From Utricularia gibba (Eukaryota > Plantae > Magnoliophyta), in the NCBI GenBank assembly GCA_002189035.1, contig CM007991.1:806001-870000 (forward strand): DNA of 64,000 bases, in the 5' to 3' direction. A model generated the notes under the pieces. The model was not told the DNA's origin, did not search any database, and was given only the letters and a program-made list of their open reading frames with translations. A program made the translations under genes and the position numbers. Below, piece after piece: positions 24,709-37,317 of this stretch (the first letter of the stretch is position 1; each line of letters starts with the position of its first letter).

Positions 24709-25020
24709 ATTTTTGGATTCAACTCATGATGCCAAGAAATCTCACAGCGGGTCATCAACCGGAATCCATTTTGGGCCATGCAGTTCACCGGAGGTCTGCT
24801 GATTTTCTCATCTTCAACTCCCACGTATGGTGGATGAACACCCTGAATATCGAAGTGTCGTAAGATCTGCCTGCCTTGAAGGGATTTGATTCCGAAAATT
24901 GCGTAGCTGGTAATTCTGGTTTATGAAGACAGCCAGAATATTTCCGGCGGAGGATGGACGGAAGTCGATTCCCACACAACCCCGGCTTTCTTCATCGGCG
25001 CCTCTCCAGTCCATTACAAG
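24709..25020 (+). pseudogene. Decayed internal fragment of an ESK1/TBL28-30-like acetyltransferase gene
   Basis: With two frameshifts it reads FLDSTHDAKKSHS/RVI/PESILGHAVHRRSADFLIFNSHVWWMNTLNIEVS then W(TE)VDSHTTPAFFIGASPVHYK. This parallels ESK1 FLVESNSDDPNMHS..RIIMPESIEKHGVNWKGVDFLVFNTYIWWMNTFAMKVL and WVERNIDPLRTTVFFASMSPLHIK (recalled). GTAAG donors follow both segments. Confidence 0.7.
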
Positions 25021-25282
25021 TAAGCAATCAAATTGACTCATGTGACGAGTTGCTTCACGCCTCCATGGTTTCCGTCTGAATTGAATAGTAGTAGTTCAAC
25101 AAATACAATGTAGAGAGCTTCCGAGTTCATTCTTCACTCTCATTATAATGACAAAGAAGCGTACTTTATAATACAGTAAGAATCCCTTTCGCTTTCCCCT
25201 GCCTCCAAACTAAAAGCTGTATGCTTCAGAATCAGCATGCATGACGCAGTTGCAGTAGTCCTAGTATTCCTGATCCAACTTC

Positions 25283-26882
25283 TCACTCAAAATGCTCCCA
25301 ATCTTGTGTTATCTTGGGAGAAGGCTGCAGAGTTGGAGCAGGAATCGATGGGGAGGCCGTGGGAAAAAACTCAACAGGATATGAATTTGGTGGGAAATAT
25401 TGTGCAGGAAAAGCAGGGGTATAATGTGGTAATGAAATGGGAGACGGAGCATGCTCAGGAATGGGGGATGCAGAGCTCGTATATCCAGCCACAGGTTCAA
25501 GTGGTACTGGAGAAGTAGATGAAGCCAAGGCTGGCACTGGAGAGGCAGAGTCATTATATCTAGCCACAGGCTCAACTGGCGCTGAGGCAGGAATGTAAGA
25601 AAGACCTGGTGCCGGATAGGCAGAGCTCGTGTCGTCCGAAGGGGAATCGAATGTTTCCCATTGAGTGTTGATGGGGATACTGCCATTTTGAATAGCATTA
25701 GTGACTGGATTTGAGTTCTTCAGCCTAAGCGAATCCATAGTATCAACAAGGCCTTGAACACGGTGGACCTGAAACATGAACGTACATGTAAATGAACTTC
25801 ATCAAGAGGTATGGATAACCCAAAAAAAACCATCACGAGTACAGATGAACACTAAAACACAAAACAGTCTGCATAACATATAATTCGATTATAAGCCGAT
25901 TAGTGGTTCCAAGGGAAAGAAAAGTGCTAACCTGCAATTTTCTCTTGGCTTTTCCTTCTCCCTCAGCTTCTATACCATCCAATTTCAGCAACTGCCTCAT
26001 AAGCATCTCAGTTACATAAACAATATCTTTTTCATCTACCTTAGTGTTACTTTCCACGACGCATTGCAGAGCAGATACCTGTGGTTGATGCAAGAATTTA
26101 ACATGGCAGAAATACATGAAACGTTTAGCACTGAAAAAAAACTCTCAACCTGCATAGAAAGATTATCCACTTCTTCTCTAACAAGGGCAACAGCTTCATC
26201 CCCTTTAGAAAAAGGTCTTGTTTCCACGACTGGTTCGACGCTTTCATTGGTACATGAACTATTCTCCATGAGAATCACCCTGGCGCCATTCTTCATGCCG
26301 GCTGTCATTAGATCATCTTCATCTGCTTTCTCTTTTCCCCGGAACAGAATTTTATGCCTTTTAGGATCCAGCCCAAGTTTCTCGGCAAGAACAGATTTTA
26401 ACTTACCTGGATGAACCAAGAGGATCAATCAAGTGAAGAGAAGGCACTACCTTTTTAGCTCCTAAATCAAGATATTGCCTTGGATTACAGTCCTTTAAAT
26501 CCATCTAACAAGAAAAAATCAAGTTTCTGAACGGCAGATAAATATTAAATAGTTCCAATGACGGAAGCATCTAAACCTTCAAACAGATTCAACCAAAAGA
26601 AAACAAGAATCGTAGAAGAAAATGGAAACTTCCCAAGCAAACCCAACAATCCGCAGACAGTAGCAATAAAAAAAAGCTCATCAGGAAGAATACTGATGGC
26701 TTATAGGGCGGAGGGGAGGAACATCCACAAATAACAGCGCAGAACCCACCGAAGGTATCTTCAGAGGGCACGGAAAGCACATGTTCGTTTAATCCATAAG
26801 AGACCTTGATATTCAAAACATCTTGATTCGATTCCAGACCCGAAACGTCGCCCTCCCAGTGACCTGAATTGAACCCCGTCAT
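25283..26882 (-). CDS. BAG4: BAG family co-chaperone 4 (ubiquitin-like domain plus BAG domain), 4 exons
   Basis: UBL: LNIKVSYG...GLDPKRHKILFRGKEK. BAG: VREEVDNLSMQVSAL...TEMLMRQLLKLDGIEAEGEGKAKRKLQVHRVQ. C-terminal ITQDWEHFE*. Confidence 0.9.
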
Positions 26883-27330
26883 CAGGACAATCAACTCCTC
26901 CCTGAATCACTAAACTGAAACCCGTCACCGGCGACAGATCGCAGTTTCACAAGAGAGAGATTGAATTCCCTTGCTCCCCAAGGGCCCGTCGGCCCGGCCC
27001 ATATTGCTTTGTTAGCACCTTCTTCAGCCTTTGAGCCGTCAACCGGTTCAACCGATTGCGGCCGCGAGTAAAATAAAAAATAAGAAGCGATCTTTATTCA
27101 TATTTATTAACGACAACATTTCGTAAATAATTTATACTATATAAATTTATAAATTACTTTTATATTATTATAGTGATTTAAATAAATTGTATTAAAATTA
27201 TATTTTAAAAAAATGAAAATATTTTATTAATAATCAAATATAACATATAAATATAATTATAAATTTATGTCTTAATATGCTGTGTTTCATATAAAGTATA
27301 AAGAAGGATAGTTAAATGAAAAAAAAATAG

Positions 27331-27501
27331 AATGTTTGGTAGATGAAATAAATTATAATCAAGATAAATTATACAATAAATATAAAATAAAATAATGAGA
27401 AGGGAGGGTTTTAGATAAAATAATATTGTCATAAACATTCTATTTTCCTCTTTATATACCATCTCTTATTACTGATATAATTTATCTATATACCAAACAC
27501 A
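27331..27501. mobile_element. PIF/Harbinger (Tourist-like) MITE
   Basis: TGTTTGGTAGATGAAATAAATTATAATCA (27333-) is mirrored by TGATATAATTTATCTATATACCAAACA (-27499). The terminal TGTTTGG/CCAAACA motif is typical of Tourist MITEs. No clean TAA/TTA TSD. Confidence 0.5.
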
Positions 27502-27669
27502 CTTTAAAATTGATAAAGGTTAGGATATAACATCATTTATAAAAGTGACCATCTTTTATTCCAGTTCATTTAAAAAGTGCACCTCCACGCTCTCATTTTT
27601 CACTAAAGATGATAATTTTTTTCACATAATCCAAGAAGGATGGCCATATTTGTGATACGCAAAAAGTAA

Positions 27670-28229
27670 TCAAAATATGGCCATGAGAACAGCCTCCCCA
27701 AAACGTGCCCTTCAATCGCCTCCTCCACTTTCTCCTTTGTCACCTGCACCGTACGCCATTGGAAACATACCAAGTTACCTTTTTAATTCCATAATAATTC
27801 CAGTTTCTTGGATAACCTCACTGCAACTACCTTGTGCCCGAGGTGTAGCTCATCATCCAGAGCGTAGAGCTTGAACTCGAACCGGTGTCCATGTTCAGGA
27901 AGCTTGGGTGCATGCCACCCGGGCTTCTTCATGTCACTGTACCCCTCTTTTACCCCGGCGTAATCGCCGACAGCTTCCGTGCCGGAAAACCCCTCCGGCA
28001 GGCCCTTGACGGTGGGGGGAATGTTGACAACCACCCATACCGTCCACGGCGCATCGACATCTTGCACCACCACGGCCAGGGTCTTGGTCCCTTCCGGCAA
28101 GTTGTACCATTCCAGCGGCGGCGAAATGTTTTGCTTTGCGCCCTGGCCCTCCGCCATGTACTGCCGCGGCAGCCGGCCCTCGTGGTCGATGTGGGATGAA
28201 GCCACCCGGAATTCGTCGGAGTTCGCCAT
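27670..28229 (-). CDS. YbhB/YbcL-type phosphatidylethanolamine-binding (PEBP) protein, 2 exons
   Basis: EGRLPRQY...NISPPLEWYNLPEGTKTLAVVVQDVDAPWTVWVVVNIPP...GHRFEFKLYALD. Exon 2 reads VTKEKVEEAIEGHVLGEAVLMAIF* after one added G at 27696-27699. Confidence 0.88.
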
Positions 28230-28677
28230 TTTCCTATTTTGGGGAGTTGCTGCAGTTTTCGTGAAGGATTTTTATTGTCGCTAGAGGCTTTGAGGTTGTA
28301 CCATGGCGAGGCAACGCGTGGATTGCGGGCTCTTGGTCCGCGACACGTTGCTGGCTGCCTGCTTTTTTTTTAATACGATGATTCTTAGTTTTATTGATTA
28401 ATTTTTATAATAAATTAAATTCATGAAAACTTTTAATGTCATGAATAAATACAAAATAAAATTAACCTTAATTTTAAAACGTTGAGAAGAAATGTTTAAA
28501 GTTAAAAATGGCTATAAAAATATATATAATTAAATACAAATAAATTCAGATAATTCTATTTTTTAAATTTAAATAATAATTTAATCAATGTTTCAGATAA
28601 GTATGCATAATGAGCTAATAAATGATTTTATTAGAAATCTAAAAAAAGAATATTGAAGAATTAGAAACAAAATCTAA

Positions 28678-28681
<4 letters not shown>

Positions 28682-28715
<34 letters not shown>
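28682..28715. repeat. (AT)n microsatellite, about 17 units
   Basis: Uninterrupted ATATAT run visible in the sequence. Confidence 0.95.
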
Positions 28716-28717
<2 letters not shown>

Positions 28718-29264
28718 ATATTTTACGTTTTTTCAATATAAAACATATCTACAATATATTTTTTTAATATATTGAAAAGCGGGAAGATAAGAAATGCTTA
28801 GGAGTGTAATCATTATATTCCAAAATTATATGAATATATGTTTTATATTAAAATTCAAATTGTTCAATATATCAAAATATCATTTTATTAAAAGAAAAAA
28901 ATTGTTGTTTATTATTTGGAACAAAATTATTGTTGTAATAGGAAACAAAGTCGTGTGTCCGAATGAATCGCCGCTGTTAAAAAGAGGAGGGAGATGAACG
29001 CTGATTCATTCGATAAAACGTTTTACAGCGCACCGCCGCCGGGCCTTCATTTTGTTCCCCCGCTTTCTCCGCTTCTCTGCCGTCGTGCGCAACCGGGAGT
29101 CAAATCTACTTCATCCGTTCCGGGCGCCGGATTCTGTGCGATTCTAGAGTAATCTCGTCTGTATCTCCCTCGTGTTGGCATCTCTACACGATCGATCGTC
29201 GTCAATTGGATTTAAAGGCGCATGGTGCTTATTCTTTTGGATCAATTCTGCCAGTAAAGAAGAT

Positions 29265-32200
29265 ATGGAACTCTCGGCGATGGACTTGCGTATCGTACTC
29301 TCTATGCTCAGCGATGCACTAAGTGCTGATATAAGCTTGAGGAAGCCTGCGGAGGTTGCTCTCGCGCAATTCGAGACCAGACCAGGTTTCTGCTCGTGTC
29401 TAATGGTATTGGAATGGTTTGAGATTCATTTCAACTCGGGACTGATGCGATGTGGAGCTATTAGGCGTTAATAATTTTCTTGTATATCTGGAGCAGGAAG
29501 TTATAGCGGCCAAAGATCTATCTTCGCAGACCGATGTGAGATTGTTGGCATCAGTTTATTTGAAGAACTGTGTGATCCGGCATTGGAGGAACAGACGTGA
29601 TTCACCGTTAGTATTCCATTTTTTCCATTGTTTTTTTTCTCAAAAGTTCTCACATTGTGCCATTTTTTTATAAATTGAATGCTTGATCACACATGATAAT
29701 GTGGGGTGTGGGGGTTGAGCCCTGTTTCTTTGCACTCAAGAATGATGTATGAAGGAAGCTGGGTGCTTGAGTTTGACCTTGAGAGCCTAAAAAAATATTG
29801 GAGCAGATTTTCCCAAGTTTAAGGCATCAAGTTTTTCCATAAGGAAACCCATGGATTTATAATTCTTGCTGATCATTGTTGGGTCAACTACATCACAAAA
29901 AAATGACACTTTGAAACTTGTTGAATTAGGGGAGCATTCTTTCCTGCGTTACATTAGAGCCCTATCAAGTTTTGTTATGGGAATACTTGAGCATAATGAA
30001 ATAAATTGTAGATTGCAGTTTAATTCCATGTGATTCATGCTTTCTTAGGTATTTTTTTGTCTTTTCTTCAAATCATTAGACATATTTGGTCGATCCATTT
30101 CTGATTTTAAAATTGAAATCGCAGGCCTATAGGAAATGATGAAAAAGTATACTTGAGGCAGAAGTTGTTGATGCATTTAGGGGAGGAAAATTACCAGGTA
30201 GAATCTTTATTTTCAATTCAACTTTCTCCATTGGATTACTACTTACCTTTTATAAATCTGCCATTTTTCCCTAACTCTATTTTTTACATGCCACAGATTG
30301 CTCTCACACTGGCTATTTTAATATCAAAAATTGCTCGTGTTGATTACCCAAGGGAATGGTATGATTTGGAGCTTCATCTGAACTTCAGCTTGTCTTGATT
30401 GCTCATGAACAACCCTTTGGGCTGAGCATTAGGCTACGGTTCTTTTTTTGTATGCAGGCCGGACTTGTTTTCTTCGCTGGCTCAAAAACTCCAGTCAGCT
30501 GATGTGTTGACTTCCCATAGAATATTCATGATTCTTTTCCGGACATTAAAAGAACTATCATCCAAGCGTCTAACTCATGACCAAAAGGTCTTTGCTGAGG
30601 TACGTATCAGTCTTATGTTTTGGATATTCTCGTATGCATTTCCACATGTAATGCCAAAGCTATTAGTCTTCGAAAACATAGTGTAAGATTGGGAATCCGT
30701 GGTAGTACTTGGCTGCACGCTGGTCTTTTTCACTGTCCTAATTCTCGAAAAATTATCTTTCATGAACTGGGATGTTTAACTCTTCTTGTCAATTTCTAAT
30801 GCCCATGGTTTGAAGTGTGTGATCCTGGTCATATGATACATAGTCTGCAACTTCCATTCATAAACAACCTCTCTTGACTTCATCTGGCAGATAGCATCTC
30901 AATTTTTTGAGTATAGCTGGCACCTGTGGCAGATTGATGTTCAGAATATATTGCATGGGTTCTCAGTGCTAGCTCAAAACTCTCCCGGATTTCATCAAGA
31001 TGATGCTATCTTAACCTGTGAAAGATGGATTCTTTGTTCTAAGATAATACGCCAATTGATGGTATCTGGTTTTCAAAGTGATGCCAAATCTGTACAGGTA
31101 AACTATATTATGCAGGGCTTTAAAATGGTTCAACTTTCATTTTCTGGATCAACTTTTAAATTTTGGATCTGAAATTTTGGGATTATCTGATTATATTGCT
31201 TTATAGGAGGTGTTACCAGTCAAGAAGGTCTGCCCTTCTATGTTGATTGCTGTCCAGTCATTCCTTCAGTATTGTAAGTCAGTTATTTGGCCTCTTTTTT
31301 TTTTTTTTTTATCATGGTATATTGTGTCTGACAGGTTTGTTGTGGATAAGCATTTGGCTGTTATCTTCTTTCACCATTGAGCTCGTTCTATACTAGTCTG
31401 TCTGAGATGGTGTCCAGTCTCGTATTGTCATCCCTGTTTACTGGGCTTCTCAATATATGCTACTCTTAATTTTAGCTAATAGAGGATTGCATGCATCGTT
31501 TGTTAGTATGAATGTGGTTTTTGCTTTTTCTTTTTCTCCCTTGTCAACTTTGTTCAAACTTCATGCAGATGCCTCTTTTCAAGAAAGCCATCCCAAGTTT
31601 TGGGAATTCCTTAAACAAGGATGCACGAAACTGATGAAGATTTTAATTGCAATTCAGCAGAAACATCCCTATTCATTTGGTGACCAGTGTGTTCTTGGGC
31701 CTGTAGTGGAGTTTTGCTTAAATAGACTCATAAATCCTGAGCCAGAACTGTTTTCTTTTGAAGAATTGCTGATCCAGTGTATGTCACTAATAAAGGCTAT
31801 TCTAGAATGCAAGGAATACAAACCATCCATAGTAGGCCGTGTTATGGACAGCAAGCAGGTCACGCTTCAGGAGATGAAGAAAAATGCATCCGCTACAGTT
31901 GCTGGGATTTTGGCGTCCCTCCTGCCAAATGAGCGGGTGGTGCTACTATGCAATATTCTAATAAGGAGGTAAGCACTTCAGTCAAAGGGTCATGCAGTTA
32001 TGCCTGTTTTCACACATGATATATCACATCAATGATCACCACAAAGATTTAGCCACTTTCAATCATAAATTGAGCCTCAGTATTTAAACCCATGCCCCAT
32101 TGTACCCATTTTTGTCGAGTAGAGCAGTAATATTTCATTGCAAAATCTACTAAATTGACTTTAAAAATGACATTCAGTAGATCTGGTTAATTGTTTCTGA

Positions 32201-35200
32201 AGTTGGAAGTAGCACTGGTCAGGGCCTTCAAAGTGACCTTTTTTTCGTTTTGAAATGATATGACGAGCGTGTTTTGTGATACTCTTTTTTTCGTTTTCAA
32301 ATGATATGACAAGCGTGTTTTGTGATACTCTTTTTTTGATTTATCATTGGGTTTTCCACTCTAGGTACTTTGTTCTGACGGTCGCTGATGTGGAAGACTG
32401 GTTCCAGAATGCTGAGTCTTTTTATCACGAGCAGGATTTTCTTTTGTGGTCGGAGAGATTGAGACCATGCGCAGAAGCACTGTACATTGTACTGTTTGAG
32501 AATCACAGCCAAGTAGGTGCTCTAATTTACTTATGGGAGATCACCATTCCCTACTGGAATTTTTTGATGAGAGTCATTTGGTTTTGTGATGTAGCTTCTT
32601 GGTCCAGTTGTAGTTTCTATACTTAAAGAGGCGATGAGTGCTTGTCCTTCATCTCTTACTGAACTGGGCCCACAGCTGCTTCTAAAGGATGCTGTGTACA
32701 GTGCTGCTGCCTATGTATATTATGAACTCTCTAATTATTTGGACTTCAGAGACTGGTGAGACTTTTAATCTCTCAAGATGATAAAAAATTATTTGCATGG
32801 TGATAGTTTCATGTCTTTATAGTTGTATCTCACATTCAACTGTGATACTATGATACAGGTTTAATGGTGCATTATCTACCGAACTTATGAACAGCCATGT
32901 TAATATGAGAATCATCCACCGGAAAGTTGCACTGATATTTGGTCAATGGATTTCGGAGGTGAGACTCCCTGGGAAACCTTACTATACAATTCCTTCTTTG
33001 TGCCATGAAGTTCGGATTCATTTTCTATTTTTTATCCCTGTTAAATAAAGTCATGGGGCACTAAGAAAAGTTGATTCAATAGCAGGAATTAGTTTCAAAA
33101 TTTATGAACCTAGAATCCATATTATGGCACAATCTTTGTTTCCAGATAAGCTGCATATGCAGGTGTTGTGGCTTCCTGTATATTTGTTATTGAGAGGTTT
33201 TTTTCATGCTTAAGAAATCGTGGTAGTGTTTTCAGTTTTCTTGATCCTCAGAATCTATGCATCCTGAAGCTACATAGTGTTGTCAAAGCTTTTCTCTGCA
33301 TTTCATTCTTGGGATTTCTTACACTCTTTTTTTCCAGATTAAAGAAGACATGAGAAGGCCGGTGTATTGTGCTTTAGTAAAATTACTTCAAGAGAATGAC
33401 TTGTGTGTGAGGGTATGATTTTTATTTATTGATGCCGTTATGATCATTCTATTTATGTCCTTGTTTGGTAGTATTAATTTATATGGGTGTCCATGATTTG
33501 AATTTCGTCTATATTGTTATGTGTTATTGATACTTCTTCCGTGTTTCAGCTCACAGCAGCAAGATCTCTATTTTTCCACCTGGAAGATGCTAACTTTTTG
33601 GAGCAGGAATTCTGTGATCTTCTTCCTGCTTGTTGGGAGGCTTGTTTCAAGCTGGCAGAAGATGCTCAAGAGTTTGATTCAAAAGTATGTTTAATCCTCA
33701 TATGGTCACCTTGTTTTAAGTATGTAGATAATGCATCAAACAATTTCATGATACATTCAGAAATGATTTTTTCCCCAGAAACAATATGCCTTGGGGACTT
33801 AGTTGCCACTATAGGATATAGTTTCTATGTTGAGTGTTGAGTGCTTTAAAAAAGTTCACGTAAATCTGGATCATGATAGGTGCTAAACATGTGAGAGCCC
33901 TTTATAAAGTATTCTGCTGTGTTTTTTTTTTTTTCACTGATCACATTGAGATGCTTGATTTAATCGTTCACCTGGAGCATGCTCTACATTTATTATTATA
34001 TCTTCCTCTTTCGATTTTTCTCAGGTTCAAGCAATAAATACTATTTCTGCACTCATCAGCCGGACTAGTGAAGTTGTTCCATATGCAATTAAGTTGGTGC
34101 AATTTTTCCAGAAGGTACCATCAATCTTTTCTAGACACTATTCATTGTTTTGTCAATAAAAGGGATATTTATATTATTTTTCCATGTGTATTTCATTTTT
34201 TTTTTGTCAATAAAAAGGGTTCTGCCATTTCAAGGAACTAGATAAATCATCCTACGAGTTTTCCATTTTCTTTCTGTTGTAGGCATGGGATGAATCTTCG
34301 GGAGAAAGCCTTTTACAGATTCAGCTTCTTGTAGCCCTTAAGAACTTCGTTGTTGCTCTTGGCTATCAGTCGTCCATTTGCTATGGCATGCTTCTGCCAA
34401 TACTGCAAAGTCTCTTAAACATCAACAGCCCAGATGAACTTTTGGAAGATAGCATGCAGGCAAGTGATCCACTTGAGTGTGTTTACAGGTCAAGCCATTG
34501 GTTGATGTTGAAGCAATTATGATTCATTCTGTATCTTGATGAAATGCAGTTATGGGAAGCTATCATTTCCCATGCATCCTCAATTGCACCACAGCTTTTG
34601 TGTTTTTTCTCATGTCTGGTGGAAATCCTGGAAAGAAGTTTAGATCATTTGGAGGTATGTCAAAAAATAATTTTTAGATGCCTCTTCACTTGCCCAAACT
34701 GCAGCATCTTCACATTTAACTTGATACGCAGGTAGCTGCCAGCATAATTGAGGGCTACATAATTCTTGGTGGAACAGAGTTCCTCAATGTCCATGGCCCA
34801 ACACTCGCCAAAGTGCTTGAATTGGTTGTCTTTAATGTGAATGATAAAGGTCTACTATCGATTCTTCCAATTGTGGACATGTTAGTTCAGGTACACAAAT
34901 TCAGAATTGCTTGAAAATAAAATTTAGATTTCATGTTTCACTAGATTGGGTACTGAAATAATCTATATAGTGATTTAAAATGATCTTTATCCTGGTATTA
35001 CCTTCCCTAAGAGATGCAAATCAGGCTTTCTGGTTCCCATGCGTGTTGCTGCCGTCTTTTGTCAGTTAAATGTGATTTATCTCTCCAAAGATGATATTGG
35101 TTGCTAATTCTGTGTTGTAAGAAATGATTATAAGGTTCATTAATATCGTGTGTTAAATGTATGGCATGTGCCTATTGAGTTAACACGTCTCTAATTTGCA

Positions 35201-36320
35201 ATGCAGTGCGTCCCAGCTGAATCACCACAACTAATCAGCAACATCGTACCCGTAAGTATCATGTCGTGCAAGTTGTATCTTCTCAATTTTTTTTTCAACT
35301 GAACCCTATCTTTTCTGATTTAAATGTATCACTTTTCTCCAGAAATTAATTTTCGTATGTCTTGATGGAGGAGATGATCACTATCCCTCCAAGACAGCCT
35401 TGAAAACATCTGCTGCAGCTATACTGGCAAGGATCTTGGTGATGAATACCAATTTTCTCGTTCAACTGACATCAGATCCTTTGCTGTTAAGAAATTTCCA
35501 CACAGCTGGAATTCTTACAGATGAAAACATACTTCTTTGTTTGGTCGACGTATGGCTCGAGAAGGTGATGGCATACCTTCAGTTTGTCAAATATGAGTGA
35601 TGGTTTTAAGTCAACGGATGTTGCCACTTACTCCCAGAACTTTACTCTGTGATGGGTACAGGTTGACAATGCAATTTCTCTTCACAAGAAGATTTTTGGC
35701 CTTGCTCTTTCTGTTATTCTAAAGCTAAGACTTCCTCAAACGCTTGAGATGCTTGATCAAATTCTTGGGTAACTAACTCATCAGTTGCTTCTCATTTACT
35801 CTAGTTTTTGTTCTCCTAAGGTTTTGAGACATGCCCAGTGTGTTGATCATGTTTTTGTTCTTACTCTTGGCAGTGTTTGCACAAGCACAATACTCGGTGG
35901 AAACGAGGATTTGGCTGAAGAAGAATCAAGGTTCTGATATTTCTGCTTTGGTCCTTTGTCTTCTATCCTTCATATACCATTCGTTCTAACCTGCACCTGT
36001 TTTGCCCTTAAATGTTGTCCTTCCTAAAACAGTTCTGACAGTATACAATCTAGCAAGATGGAGATCCCTAGCAAGGAGCTCAGGAGGAGACAGGTGCGTG
36101 TAATTCAGAAATATAAAGCTCCAAAATCAACTCTCTTTGATTACTTATCTTGCTTTAGATCAAGTTTCTAGACCCAATAAACCACATCTCACTGGAGAAT
36201 TCGCTGAGGGAAAGCCTTGATACTTGCGCCCGCCTCCACGGAGAATCATTCAACGCGGCCATGTCCCAAATGCATCCAGCTGCATTAGCACAACTGAAAC
36301 AAGCACTAAACATGGCGTAG
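29265..36320 (+). CDS. KA120: Importin-11 / KA120-like karyopherin-beta, more than 20 exons
   Basis: LRKPAEVALAQFETRPGFCSCLM, VRLLASVYLKN, IARVDYPREW, RIFMILFRTLKELSSKRL, RPCAEALYIVLFENHSQ, LLKDAVYSAAA and LIFGQWISE, ending HPAALAQLKQALNMA* (TAG ends 36320). Confidence 0.92.
32239..32330. repeat. 46-bp tandem duplication in an importin-11 intron
   Basis: TTTTTTTCGTTTTGAAATGATATGACGAGCGTGTTTTGTGATACTC is followed directly by a copy with 2 substitutions. Confidence 0.9.
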
Positions 36321-37317
36321 CCTAAAGATGAAAGTCTCAATTCATCATCTTTTTCTTTGATTACCATTCATCCCTAGTGCTTGATGGTGAGCTTCTTGCA
36401 ATGGAAACACTTGGTTCAAATCATGCATTTGTAGGAGCTGTCTACCCTTTGCTGATTTCATCACCCCTAACAAATCATCACGTTGGTTCACTTGCAGGGG
36501 GAGATCTGAACATTTACAAATTTCAGTAGACCATCTTCTATCATCAATTCGCATCACCTCTGTAAATAGCTTCCCTTCATGTCATGGTTTTTGGACGTGA
36601 AGCCTCAGAAGGTAGGAGCATCAGCAGGTTTGTTCATTGCAGCTTCCTCTTATTTATTGTGATCAAAAGAAGCAAACCAGTTTGCAGCTTCTTGCACGAA
36701 TGCAGACGGGTTCCTGATCTGAGTTGCTGCTGTGTTAATCCTTCGTTTCTTGCTTATTTATATGGTGGTTTCTTTAGTTTTGTTGTATCATGGATTTTTC
36801 CTCCAGACGTGGCCTGAGGCTTCGATCTCTTGTGTACAACGGACATTTTTTTAGGCCAAGTTTCTTAGACTTAGAAGATTAAATCTGTTTGGTTCCGGAA
36901 TTAAAATATGTTTGATATGTTGATTTTGGTAAATATGCAGATTTTTCTAGTCATATTAATTTATTTTAAAATTAAATAATTTAAATCATATTAATTAAAA
37001 TATGAAAAATCTCTTTAGTTATCTTTTGAGCTATTATGAATTTAAGCATAATTAAGTTTTTACTTATTTTAAAGTGATTCTAGAATATTAAAGTTCGATG
37101 GCCGAAGGGAGCCGGACTCCGGCACATCGGAAAACAGGACTTCGCCACGTGTAAAGTTAAGAATGGGTCTGCAAAATTTGAAGCGCAAAGTTGCTGGAGA
37201 AGACGACACTGTCAGCCCAAAAATTTGTCCTCCTTAGGTTTCCCATTTTGATGGCCCAAGTCTTGAAGTATCCATTCCAGTTGGAAATCCAAGGGGTTCC
37301 TTTTCCTTCGTCTCAAA

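Noticed and set aside
36345-36817. Short ORFs and a TATA-like motif on the minus strand after importin-11; possible miRNA or peptide gene
   Set aside because: No recognisable protein motif, no long hairpin and no match to miRNAs I recall; most simply 3' UTR and spacer.
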